Shown in pieces: positions 12,681 to 25,621 of a DNA stretch of 64,000 nt (position 1 is its first letter; the number at the start of each line of letters is the position of its first letter). The translations under genes were made by a program, and so were the position numbers. The DNA is taken from NCBI GenBank assembly GCA_013239625.1, contig MU054187.1, positions 24,306,433 through 24,370,432 on the forward strand, read 5' to 3'. The DNA is from Lama guanicoe. Taxonomy: Eukaryota. The notes under the pieces were generated by a model. That model was given only the letters and a program-made list of their open reading frames with translations. It ran no database searches and was not told the DNA's origin.

Positions 12681-14909
12681 TTTCACATCTCTGACAGTGT
12701 TGTGACACTTGACGTTTCTAAGTCCTTAATTTTGACTGAATCAATTAGTTGCAATGGACAGTGCTTAATTTTTGACCTACTTAGTTCTCTGTGACCAGAT
12801 TCATCAGAGCTACAAATTATTTGGTCCCTAAGAGAATCATTTTGGTCCATACCATTTCCATCAGAAGTTTACAAGAAAGAGAGTAAGAAAAAAGATTAGA
12901 AAGGGGACAGAAAAGGATATATTATTTCATGAAATAGTTTTAGGTAATTGTTTCAGATAGTTCTTTCTTTGAATTTGTAATGGATCGTGTTCTCCAAGGG
13001 CCATGCACAGAGCCAAGACAGAAGATTTCTTTCCCCTCCCCACCTGGTCTACAGGCAAAAGTGTAGGAGCGTAGCTAACATTTTAATGAAACACATATTC
13101 CTAGTGTAGCTTCAATATCAGGGTTGATTTTAAATAACTGAATTTTGTAAGTGTCTGCTTTACTTTCTTTTCCAACTGGACACAAAAGATTTTTCTATAA
13201 CCAGAAATCTGCCATTTTATGACTTTGTAAAAAATCCAGTTGTCAACAAATTCCCCATCAAAAGCTCTCTTCAGCCATCCCATTGCCTTTTTAAATAAAT
13301 CAGAAGAGTATTCTACTTCAAATGAAAAGCAGATTGAATATGCAATAAATTCCTTCTTTTATGACAGTTTCCCCTGGAGCTGTGTTTATCAATATCCACT
13401 GAGATACTGCAAACTTTCATTGTAAGATCAAAAAAAAAAGAAAGTTGATAAAATGACCATATAAAGTTTTGTTCTCCTTTGTGAACTTGAAGAAGAGAAT
13501 GTTGTAATATTTGGAAGGTAAAATAAAGAAGATTGGACAATGGGCTTAATTCTTAATTATTTAAGAAAAAATAATAAACCCACTCCTTTTCTCAAGCCTT
13601 TCAAAAAAAAAGAGGAAAAAATCAAATAAAATTCTAGCTAAATTAAAGATATAAATTTTTTAAAAACCATAAATAACAAACAAACAAAAAAGCCATAGAT
13701 ACATTATTTTAAAATCTTGACATATGAAAGACTGCCTGAAGCATATCAATCCAGAAACTATAAAGGAAAAGACTAATATGTTTTATTGACAAAAGATTAA
13801 AATTGTATGTATCACAACACAATCAAAAGACACAGAACAAACTAGGGAAGACATTTTCTACACCTGCGCAATACATGGAATTTTTTTAAAGACCACTTAG
13901 TAGTAGCATAGAGGGAAGCCGAATACAAGAAGCAGATTTTCATATTTTGCTAAATATCCTTCTGAAATATATAGAATTTTTACCAAAAGCATGTTTTTTT
14001 AAAAATAATTCAGAAGGAAAGAGAAAGGGAGTAATATAAGTAAGAGAATAGTTAAAAAAAGAAGGAGAATTTTAAAATATACCATATTTTCCATACATAT
14101 CAAGATCATCATAGTCTGATATCCTCAGCCATCTAATAACAAAAAGAGCCTGTAACGGTTTCCAGGTGCAACCACATCTGAATTCAATCAACTGGCACCA
14201 AGAATTGGTAACCTTAACATTCAGAAGTCATCAGACTTGTGCTGCTTTTTAGAATTTTAAACTAGTACCAACCATTTCGACTTCTCTTGTGGTTAAATTT
14301 GTGTTATAAAGATGCGTTGGCATTAACTATTGCAATTAAGATTTACATAGGTTGAATGAACTTCCTTCAGCTTGTAAACTATACTTTCCCAATGACAGTA
14401 TATTGTTTTTTCTCCCCCTTTGCTAGAAGTTATTCTTAGGTTATACTTCTCGGAAAAACAATTGGATTCTAAACTCTATAATCAACATTAAAGAAGGCAA
14501 AAAAAAAAAAATACCTGCCAAGGTCAAATTTCATAACCTACAGAATTTGTAATCTCAGATCAGATAGATCATAGATCAAATTCTGTAAACAGAGTTTATC
14601 AACTAAAAAGTCTACATCATGAAGAAGTGTAAAGAGATGAAATCACTATTCTCTTTAATTTGTTCACCTCCTTGTTCACCTACTTTTCCAAATTGCCTCA
14701 CAGATATACAGTATCATGATTTAAAACAAAACAAAAGAAGAACACACGGCTTTACAAATTTTTCTGGTTTGTATATTTATATTAATTCTTACAAAAGGCA
14801 TAAAAATCAATTTGCATTTTGATGCACATGTAATGTGTTATATTTATTTTAGAATTGTAACTATATGAAACCAATACTATCTTGGATAATACAAGATCAA
14901 ATGTGGAGC

Positions 14910-15474
14910 TGATATTAGGAGGAGGGGACTACAGTTACCTTGGTTCTTAGTCACCCAGAAAAAAGGATTTCTAATGGGACACAGAAAGCGTGATATAAAC
15001 AAAAGATTTTATTAGTGAAGTAAAAAGGTGGTAAAACATAGCGCACCCCCGAGAACTAGGGGCAGGCCAATCCAAGAGAGGAAAAATGGCCCTGCTCCTT
15101 TGTTTTTCCTGTTTTTATATCCTGGCTTAGGGGGCGTTTTCATGATTGATTATTGACAGCTTACTTTCTTTGAGTGCTCAGGCATGCCCATCTCTTTTAC
15201 ACATGTTTTCAACCCATGATGCACACAGAGAAACCTACAAAAGGGGGCTCAAACGGTAATGTTAATTACATTGTAATGAGCACTGGGTCAAGTTAAGCTG
15301 GATCCTTCTCTCCACTGCGTTTGATCCTAGCTGGCTTCTTTGCTGGCCTTCATTTAGAGAAAGTAAGTTTTTGGAGCCCCTTATCCTGAGTGCAGGTGTT
15401 CTGTTGTTTTCTGAGTTACTCTTTCCCCTTCCTCTCCCCTTGTGCATTGCTCATTTCTATGTAACTGCCTAACA
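14910..15474 (-). mobile_element. ERV1-class solo LTR with a perfect 4-bp TSD
   Basis: TG...CA termini; GAGC at 14906-14909 and 15475-15478; ttttatt (minus-strand AATAAA) near 15010. Confidence 0.85.
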
Positions 15475-17217
15475 GAGCAACATTTATTTCTTACAGGGTT
15501 AAGTATGAACTCTAATTTTCAATTTTACCAAGGGATATTTCTTGAACTGGTAGACATAAAATAGATTAAAAAGTCAGAGAACTGGTTGGGCTGTGTACCT
15601 GATCCAATCTGAACTGGCTAGTTTTACAAAACTATTGCTGCAACATCAGATTTTGGTTACACTGAAACAAAACTAAAGTGATTTTAACATTTTAAAATAT
15701 ATCCTAATGACAAGTATTCAGAAGCTGTAATTCTTTTCTTGAAGGAATGATAAAGACTGTCTTTTGGAAAAGCTCCTTATCACATTTATTTAGAAAAGTC
15801 TGAATTCAATTTACATATCAAAAGTAGAACTCTTTATTCAATAGATGACCATACTATCAAAACAACTTTTCACCCACTGAGAAATTTAGATATATTATTC
15901 CCACTAACATCCAAATGGAAGCTAAAACACTTTTCTTCCAACCAAGAAAATTTAGATTAAAAGCTTAAATAGCCCATCCCTTGATATGGCAGCTGGTCAA
16001 ATGTAAGACTTTGGTTAGAATGTTTCTCTTCCAATCTGTTGGAAAGTGTCTAACATTGTAACAGATACTTCCTTTGAACTCCTGCCCAGAAATGGATTGC
16101 TTAAAAAAAGGAAAGAAAAGAAAAGAAATGATGTTGAAGCACCACTGACTTTGAATATTTCTCTTGGAGGCCATACAACATGTTGAGAGTTTTTTCCAAG
16201 GAAATTTCTTTACTTAGACCAGGATGTGTTGGTCATCATACTTACAAAAGTGTTGGCACCATGCCAAAGCTACCAAATGATGAAAACTCTCAGACACTAG
16301 TGAAAGCGACCAGTTCAATCACATGTTAGAACTGACTTGTTAAATATGTCAAAGTTGTTTTGTCTGTTTATGCTGAAAGGCACAAACTTAGACACACAAA
16401 CCACTCAATTTTTATAATTTATCAATAATTTATTAATATTTAAAAATAATAGCAGGAACTTTGATAGAAGGTGAATAGACCCAATTTCTCTCCATGAGGA
16501 GTTGTTACTGTGCAATTCTCCCCCAGTCTCACCTTCCTATGCTGCCCTGATGTGGATCCATGACATGAAGTGAAGCTATTTTTAAGGCTGCCCTTGCTCA
16601 TAGAGTTGTTCCCAAACTTAATATTTCTCTAGATTAATTCAGCTCAGTTTTCTAAATTAATGCATTTCAGTAAAATACTAGACTTTTGCCCTCCTTTCAA
16701 GTTGGCCACATTAGCCCCTTCAACTGAATAATAACAACAGGATACCCTTTATAAAATATAAAACAATTGATTCTCAAGTTGAAGTAGGTTTGCTACAGGC
16801 ACATGCAGACTTGCTCTGAGAAGTTACTGATAGTGGCTTTTCAAAATACAATCCTAGCAGTGTGAAAGAAAAAAAGTTATTCAAGTGTGGAAGGGGTCTT
16901 AAACTACATCCTAAAAGAGGTAAATAACACTTACCTTGCAAATTCGAGGCAAATTCCTTGCCTGAGGAATTCCGAAATTCAAACACACATGTGTATTCCT
17001 AAAAAGCTTGTTTCATTGCTATTATATGCCACATGGCCTGAAAATTAAACAGCAGGTATAAATGTATGCATCTTGGAACCAAGCCCTATGAGGTGACAAG
17101 GACAGATAATGAAGAGTGCTCTGATCAAAGCCACAAACTCTGAGCATATTACTTGCTCGTCAAGGGAACAGGATATACATAGGAGTAAAGAATCTTTAGC
17201 TGGTCATTTAGGAGCAA

Positions 17218-17615
17218 ATATCATATTAAGTGAAGTAAGTCAGACAGAGAAAGACAAATATCATATGATATCACTTCTATGTGGAATCTAAAAATATATG
17301 AAAATATGAATTTTATTTACAAACCAGAAATAGACTCACAGATATAGAAAATATAGTGTGGTTACCGGAGTGGGGGAGGAGAAGGTCGGGGAAAGGTTAG
17401 ATTAAGAGTTTGGGATTAATAGATAAACATTATTATATACAAAATAGATAAAAAATAAGGACATACTGTATAGCACAGGGAACTATATCTGATTTCATGT
17501 AATGAGCTGTATTGGAAAAGAATCTGAAAAAAATATGTATGTATATGTATAACTGAATTACTTTGCTGTACAAAAACTAATGTTGTAAATCAACTACACT
17601 TCAATAAAAAATGAG
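17218..17615 (+). mobile_element. L1 3' end (ORF2 tail plus 3' UTR)
   Basis: aagtgaagtaagtcagacagagaaagacaaatatcatatgatatcac...ctgtatagcacagggaac...acttcaataaaaa. Confidence 0.9.
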
Positions 17616-17687
17616 AATTATAAAAGAAAAAGGGCAGCAATACCCAAAGGCTCTTTTGGTTGTTGAAAATAAAACGTAATTCTATGT

Positions 17688-18050
17688 ATGATGTCACTCA
17701 CACATTGAATCTAACAAAAGAAAAAAATAGGACACTACGAACTCATCTACAAAACAGAAACAGACTTGCAGACATAGTAAACAATCTTATGGTTACCAGG
17801 GAAAGGGGGCAGGAAGGGATAAATTTGGGAGTTTGAGATTTACAAATGTTAGCCACTATATATACAAATAGATTTTAAAAAGTTTGTTCTGTATAGCACA
17901 GGGAACTATGTTCAACATCTCATAATAATTTTTAATGAAAAAGAATATGAAATTGAGTATATGTGTATATATGCATGACTGGGACATTGCGCTTTACACC
18001 AGAAATTGACACATTGTAACTGACTGTACTTTAATTAAAAAAATAATAAT
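17688..18050 (+). mobile_element. Camelid-type L1 3' UTR fragment
   Basis: acaaaacagaaacagac...gggataaatttgggagtttgagattt...gaaattgacacattgtaactgac then A-rich tail; taattcta on both flanks is a possible TSD. Confidence 0.9.
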
Positions 18051-19151
18051 AATTCTACTGTAAAAGTATAAAAATAAAAAAATAAAAGATACTGTAACAA
18101 TCTAAAAAAAAATGTCATGACAGCTGTATACACTACAAATAGGGGTAAGATTCATGCACTCAATGTTAATTAAGGAACCAAAATTTGAACTCTGGATAAA
18201 ATGAGTGAGTCCATAAATTTGTGCACTGTGGTTAAAAAAATTCCAGTGTACATGAGGCAGGAAAGGGTCTTCAGTAAGAATGGAAGTTTCTGCAAGTGGG
18301 GAACTCAAAATTCATGATCATTTGACAGCTTCAGGTGATTACAAACATTTATGGTGACATGAAGTATTTAGGTTTTTTTCATTTGGTTAATTTTTAAGTA
18401 CTTGTTAAACACTTAACACATCACTGAGGGAATTAGCAAGGTGGTAAATGGAGTTCAAAGAAGGGATACTTGTATTTATAGCAACTAAAAGAAAGAAGGC
18501 TGAGATAAAGTGCTAAATTATATACAAATCTGGTTAATGTTTTTTAGGACAACACTACTATAACCTTTATCTTGTAAATTCTTTTCCATAAAAAAAATTG
18601 CATTTCTACCAGACAAAACCCATTTGCATTATTGTTTATTGGATAAAAATCATTTGCATCATGATGTTTTCTGTAAGTTAACATGTAACCTTACAGAAGT
18701 GTGGAACTTTCTAATCAATAGTAAGTAGTTGATCAAACAAACCTACATAATCCTAAAGAATTAGAAAACCTTAGGTTCCAGTAAAATATTGAAAATATAT
18801 GTATTTATCCTTTTGTCTATTTCCAAATTTTGGATTTTCTTTTCATTTAACATTCCTTCCTTTAATAAAAAAATAAATAATCACCATTGATTAATGTTGG
18901 TCACGTAAATGCTGGACTCATTGTTTTTGGTTTGCTCTCTGGATACAGGTTGCTCACAATTTGTTAACTTGTACAAGCCTCCTTGTAGTTTGGCCAAGAA
19001 ACCTAGAGTTGTGTGGTGATAAGCACCTACTATGTGCAGGAATTTATCTTCTGTCTGGAGATTTCATAAGGAATCTAGTATGATATTTACAATAGTCTCC
19101 ATCATCCAGAGGTTTATTTTGAGTAACTTAGCACTTATAAAATATCCCCTC

Positions 19152-19153
<2 letters not shown>

Positions 19154-19186
<33 letters not shown>
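19154..19186. repeat. Poly(A) tract, 33 nt
   Basis: Read directly from the sequence. Confidence 0.95.
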
Positions 19187-19190
<4 letters not shown>

Positions 19191-19756
19191 ACAGAGAATC
19201 ACCTTACACAGATAGCAAGATATGAACAACTTAGTGGGAAAGTGTCAGAACAGGTTTAATAAAAATTCTTGAAAAAATAAGCCAACAAACAGAAAACAGT
19301 TAAATTCAACAGAAGAAAAGTAATGGACTCTGATGAAGATGATAATTATTGAATTAAAAATGTTTAGAGACTGAAACTTAATGAAATAATTTTAGGACAG
19401 ATAACACTTGGCAGAAGCTAAGATTGATTAAATGCTTACCTTGTTTATAGCCTATAATGCTTTAAAAAAGAATAAACTTGCCAGGCAATTTTTTTTTTAA
19501 TTTAGTTCTCTGTGAAGCCCTGAAATGATCATTCTTTCTCGAAAACTGAATCTCTAGACTGGAGCTTAAAGAAAAGTCTCCAGGCAACAATCAGACTACA
19601 GAAGTTACTACCTGTTGATGATAAAACTGAATGCTTGCATTGATTTATTACTGCAACCAACAATTTCAGAATTCTTTGCATGTAATTAGGGAGTTACATG
19701 TGTGCCTACATGTCATTTTTTCAGTGATTATAGAATATTCATGAAAAAAAAGACTA

Positions 19757-20121
19757 TGTCTTAGTGCATTCAGGCTGCTATAACAAAAATAACATAAACC
19801 AGGTGGCTTAAAATGATAAATATTCATTTTTTGCATTTCTGGAGCCTGGAAGTCTAAGATTGTGGTGCAAGCAGAGTCCACATTTGCTGAAGGCCTTCTT
19901 CCTGGTTCACAGATGACATTTCCTTAATGTAACTTCACATGGAGGATGAGGCAAGGGAGCTTTCTAGGGCGTGTTTTATAAGGACAAAGTCCTATTTGTG
20001 AAGTGTTCACCCTCATGATATAATTACCTCCCAAAGGCCCTCACCTCCTAATACCAACATCCTGGGGGTTAAGATTTCAACAAATTAATTTTGAAGGGAC
20101 ACAAGCATTCAGACTATAGCA
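19757..20121 (-). mobile_element. MLT1A-type MaLR solo LTR nested in an old L1
   Basis: tgtcttagtgcattcaggctgctataacaaaa...gggacacaagcattcagactatagca; 5-bp TSD GACTA/GACCA. Confidence 0.9.
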
Positions 20122-21260
20122 GACCACATGTTGAGCCATAGAAAAAGTAACATTAAATTTAAAAAGATTAAAATCAAATAGAGTATATTCTCTGATAACA
20201 AAAGAATTAATTTAGCAATAAGAAAAAAAGATAAGAAAAACACAAATATTTAGAAATCATATCACACACATAAATAACTCACTGATAAGAGAAGAAATTA
20301 AGAAGGCAATTAGAAAATATACTGAACTGAATGATATTGAAAGTATAGCATATCAAAATTTTTGACATCAAAATGACTCTTTAGAGGAATAAGTATAGGT
20401 TTAATACCTTATAAAAATATAAGGTCTAAAATCAATGTTATAAGTTTCTACCTTAAGGAACTAGAAAAAGAAAAGCAAATTAAACTAGAGGTAAGAAGAA
20501 AAAGAAAAATGTAAGATTGGATATCAATAAAATAGAAAACAATCAGAATAAGAAAACGGATAAAGAAAAATATTTTATTTTAAAAGATTTAATAAAACTG
20601 GCAAACCCATGATTAGACTGATCAAGAAAAAAGAGTGGAAAATTACCAGTACTAGGAATAAAAACAGATTCTATCATTACAGATTTGATATACATTATAA
20701 TAATATTAAATGCTATGAAACTATGTATGCTGATGAACTCAACAAAACTGACTGATGGAAAAAATACTTTTCCCAATAAGCCACTGATCAGTATACTGAG
20801 AGAACAGGAAATAGAAACTCTGGGTATTCTCAAATCTATTAAATAAATTGAATATATAATTTAAAACATTAACGCAAATGGTTTAACTGGTGAATTCCAT
20901 TAGACATTTAGAATGAAATGTCACTAGTCAAACAGAATCCCTTCCCAGAAATGGAGAACACGATCTATTACACTAATGAGATCAACATTACTCCAATTTT
21001 TTGAAAATCAAACAAGGGTATTACAAGGAAAGAAACCTATAGACCAATATCCCTCATGAAGATAGATGCAAAAATCCTCAACAAAATATATGCATATCAA
21101 ACCCAGCAATATACAAAATAGATAAAGCATCAGAGCGACTGGAGTTTATTCCAGAAATGCAAGATTTTTTAAAAATCTTACAATCAAGGAATATAACATG
21201 ATATTAGTTTAACAAATAAAGTAAAAAAAATAATAATTACCACATTGCATTCATAAAAAC
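20122..21260 (+). mobile_element. Old L1 ORF2 fragment (endonuclease to RT start), decayed
   Basis: ctatagaccaatatccctcatgaagatagatgcaaaaatcctcaacaaaata and other ORF2 landmarks. Confidence 0.85.
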
Positions 21261-21742
21261 ATTTTAAAATATTATAGATAGATAGATAGAAGATATTAAA
21301 TAGATATAAGTAGATATAAGACTGAGTAAAGTCACTCTTGGTAGAAATATCAATGTAGGGTAAAAATATGAGAACAAAACAAAAGATAAAACTGCAAAAA
21401 AAGAAAAAAAACAATGAAATAAGAAATTTTACAATACTTAAGATAAAGAAGATTAAAAACTGTAGTGAAAGAAACCACTATGCCTAAAAAAAGGCTTATT
21501 TGTAAAAAGGAACTAAATATAGCTTCTAGAAATCAAAAAAATTGCTGTAGATGAAACTTGGTGGATTAATAGCAAATTAGATATATCTGCAGAGAAAATT
21601 AGTGAGGTAAAAGAGCATGGAAATCAATAAGAATGAAAAGCAAAAAGACAAAATTTTTAAAAATATGAAAGCACTGTAAAAATGAGGCAAAATATTATTC
21701 CAAAAGAAGTTCCAAAAGAAATAAATACAGAGAATGGAAGAA

Positions 21743-22280
21743 TGGTAGACTGACTGCAGTAACAGTCTAATTCTTCGCCACTCCCTGGATCAGACCTTTC
21801 ATATGTGACTCTGGTGCTTCTGTCATGAAGAAGTCGAAAATATTTTCCTGTTTCTTAATTCTGAGATAAGCCATGGGTGGTTTGATTTACCCAATGGGTT
21901 GTTAGCAGATGTGACACAAGCCAAAATCTGAACAATATTTACCCTTTTCTCTTATCTCATGGGTCCTGTGAGTGCCAAGTGAAGATGCCAGACAGGAGTA
22001 CTGGAAGACGAAAGATATGACACAGAGCTGGCTGCCAGTCATTTCAGCTGAGGTCATCCTAGTTCAGCTGGCAGAGTCCTGACCCCCAGACGCTAGCCAA
22101 GATAAACAGAGACACCTAGACAACACGCAGCTCACCATAAATGCACAAGTAGCCCAGAATAACTCAGTCAAGCTCAGCCCAATTCAGACCAAACCCACAG
22201 CCCGTGATCTACATAAATGTTTTATTGTTGTATAGCACACAGATTTGATGGATGTTTGTTAAGTAACGTCATTGTGGCAA
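21743..22280 (+). mobile_element. MLT1F/G-type MaLR LTR
   Basis: tggtagactgactgc...aattcttcgccactccctg start; aataaa-like tail and gtttgttaagtaacgtcattgtggcaat end. Confidence 0.7.
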
Positions 22281-22462
22281 TGAAGAGTTGATGCAAGATG
22301 CAATGCTCAGAGAATGGTGAGAATTTTCCAGAACTGAAGAAAATAAAGCATGTGAAAAAAAATGTGACATCATGGTGAATTCAGAAACTGCTAGTAACTC
22401 CCTAGTTTGGATTATGGGTAACATATTCAATGATATCTCAAGATGCATCAACAAATTTTTTT

Positions 22463-25008
22463 TAAAAAAGTAAATAAAATTGACAAACCTCTGGCCAAAC
22501 TCACAAAGAAGAAAAAAGAAAGCACAAATCAGCAAAATAAGAAAGGAAAATGGAGAAATTACAACAAATAAAATAGGAATACAGAATACCATACGAGAAT
22601 ATTATGAAAAACTATATGGAACCAAACTGGATAGCCTAGAGGAGATGGACAGTTTCTGGAAACATACAGTCCACTAAGACTGAATCAAGAAGAAACTGAC
22701 CAAATCCAACAACACGTAAAAAAGATTATACATCATGACCAAGTGGGGTCCATCCCAGGGACACATAAATGGTTCAACATACGCAAATCAATCAATGTAA
22801 TACATCACATCAATAAGATAAAGCACAAAAACCACATGATCATCTCAATAGATGCAGAAAAAGCATTTGATAAAATTCAACACCAATTTATGATAAAAAC
22901 TCTCACCAAAGAGGCTATAGAGGGAGCATATCTCAACATCATAAAAGCTATATATGACAAACCTACAGCCAGCATAGTACTCAATGGTGAAAAACTCAAA
23001 AGCTTCCCACTAAAATCTGGGACAAGGATGCCCACTATCACCACTCCTATTCAACATAGTCTTGGAAGTCCTAGCCACAGCAATCAGGCAAGAGAAAGAA
23101 ATAAAATGGATCCAAATCGGAAAAGAAGAGGTAAAAGTGTCACTATATACCGACAACATTATATATAGAATACCCTAAAAGGTCCACACAAAAACTACTA
23201 GAGCTGATCGAAGAATTCAGCAAGGTAGCAGGTTACAAGATTAATGTTCAAAACTCATTTGCGTTTCTTTACACTAATGATGAATCAACAGAAAAAGAAA
23301 AGAAACAACCCCCTTTAAAATAGCACCCAAAGTAATAAAATAGCTAGGAATAAATCTAACCAAGTAGGTGAAAGAATTATACACAGAAAACTATAAACCA
23401 TTGATGAAGGAAATTAAAGAAAACTTTAAAAAATGGAAAGATATCGCATGCTCTTGAATTGGAAGAATCAATATTGTTAAAATGATCACACTACCCAAGG
23501 CAATCTATAGATTTAATGCAATCCCGATCAAATTACCCAGGACATACTTCACAGAACTAGAACAAATCATAATAATTTATATGGACCATCCAAGACCTAG
23601 AATTGCCAAAGCATTACTGAAGAGAAAGAAAGAGACTGGAGGAATAACTCTCCCAGAGTTCAGACAATACTATAGAGCTGCAGTCATCAAGACAGCTTGG
23701 CATTGGCACAAAAGCAGACATATGGACCAATGGAATAGAACAGAGAGCCCAGAAATGAACCCATAAACTTTTGGTCAACTAATCTTTGACAAAGGAGGCA
23801 AGAATATACAATGGAATAAAGACAGTCTCTTCAGCAAATTGTGTTGGGAAAACTGGACAGCAGCATGTAAAGCAATGAAGCTAGAGCACTCCCTTACACC
23901 ATACACAAAAATCAACTCAAAATGGATCAAAGACTTAAACATAAGACAAGAGACAATAAACCTCCTTGAAGAAAATATAGGCAAAACATTATCTGACATA
24001 CATCTCAAAAATGTCCTCCTAGGGCAGTCTATCCAAGAAATAGAAATAAAAGCAAGAATAAACAAATGGGACCTAATGAAACTTACAAGCTTCTTCACAG
24101 CAAAGGAAACCATAAGTAAAACAAAATGACAACCTACAGAATGGGAGAAAATTTTTGCAAATGAAATTGACAAAGGCTTGATCTCCAGAATATATAAGCA
24201 GCTCATATGACTTAATAAGAAACAACCAAAGAACCCAATCCAAAAATGGGCAGAAGACCTAATTAGGCAATTCTCCAAGGAAGACATGCAAATGATCAAT
24301 AGGCACATGAAAAAATGCTCAATATCACTAATTATCAGAGAAATGCAAATCAAAAGTACAATGAGGTATCACCTCACACCAGTCAGAATGGCCAGCATTC
24401 AAAAATCCACAAATGACAAATACTGGAGAGGCTGTGGAGAAAGGGGAACCCTCCTATACTGTTGGTGGGAATACAGTTTGGTGCAGCCACTGTGGAAAAC
24501 AGTATGGAGATTCCTCAAAAGACTAGGAATAGACTTACCGTATGGCCCAGGAATCCCAATCCTGGGCACATATCCAGATGGAATCCTACTTTAAATGTTC
24601 ATAGCAACACTATTTACAACAGCCAAGACATGGACACAGCCTAAATGTCCATCAACGGATGAGTGGATAAAGAAAAAGTGGCATATTTATACAATGGAGT
24701 ACTACTCAGCCATGAAAACTGACAACATAATGCCATTTGCAGCAACATGGATGCTCCTGGAGAATGTCATTCTAAGTGAAGTAAGCCAGAAAGAGACAGA
24801 AAAATGCCATATGAGATCACTCATATGTGGAATCTAAAAAAAAAAAAACAAAAAAAACAAATATATATATGTTCATGTATAACTGAAAAATTGTATTCTA
24901 TGCTGGAATTTGACACAACATTATAAAATGATTATAAATCAATAAAAAATGTTACATTGTTAAAAAAAATTTTAAATAAAATAAAAATTAAAATAAATAA
25001 ATAAAAAC
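22463..25008 (+). mobile_element. Relatively young 5'-truncated camelid L1 (ORF2 RT and C-terminus, 3' UTR, A tail) with internal deletions
   Basis: ORF-track peptides are L1 ORF2 pieces ([61 protein letters not shown]); frameshifted; ends aataaaaaatgtt plus A-rich tail. Confidence 0.97.
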
Positions 25009-25167
25009 ATGATTTATATTCTCACTATAATTTAACATTCATTAATATTAAACCAACATTTAATATAGTTCTTTGAGGTAGGAGAATAATACCATAAAAT
25101 CAAATTGGCCCAGGTCTTATTTGCCAAAAACTTAACAGGCACCAGCATCTTTTTATCTTTTAACCAC

Positions 25168-25621
25168 GTGCTGCCTTCCTAGGGCTGCTGTAACGAAGCA
25201 CCACAAAGCTGAATGATGTAAAACAAAAAACAGTGATTTATTGTCTTACAGTTCTGGAGGGTAGAAGTCCAAAACTCAAGCCATCAGCAAGACCATGCTC
25301 CTTCTACAGTCTGCAGAGGAGAATTTTCCGCCGCCTCTTCTAAGTTCTAGTGGTGTCTAGGCAATTCTTGGCATCCTTGGCTTGAAGCTGCAGTAATTCA
25401 ATGTCCGCCCTTATTTTCCCATGTTGTTTTATCTTTGGGTCTCTTCTCTTGTTGTAAGGACACCAGTCACATTAGATTGGGCCCCCCTAATCCAATAATG
25501 ATCTCACCTTGACTGAAGTATTATTTACAAAGACCCTATTTCCAAGAAAAGTCACATTCATAGGCATCAGGAGTTAGGACGTCAATACATCTTTTGAAGG
25601 GACATAATTCAACCCATAACA
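25168..25621 (-). mobile_element. MLT1C-type MaLR LTR
   Basis: cctagggctgctgtaacgaagcaccacaaa...cttacagttctggagggtagaagtcc...gggacataattcaacccataaca. Confidence 0.85.

Noticed and set aside
16935..16998. Exon-like segment translating to EYTCVFEFRNSSGKEFASNLQ, reminiscent of an Ig-domain YxC strand
   Set aside because: Only 21 codons, no compatible coding exon nearby and no recognisable protein match.
14539..18690. Short inverted repeats at ~14539-14587 (tacagaatttg/caaattctgta) and ~18669-18698 (ttctgtaag/cttacagaa)
   Set aside because: Stems of 9-11 bp in AT-rich DNA are too short to support a miRNA or MITE call.
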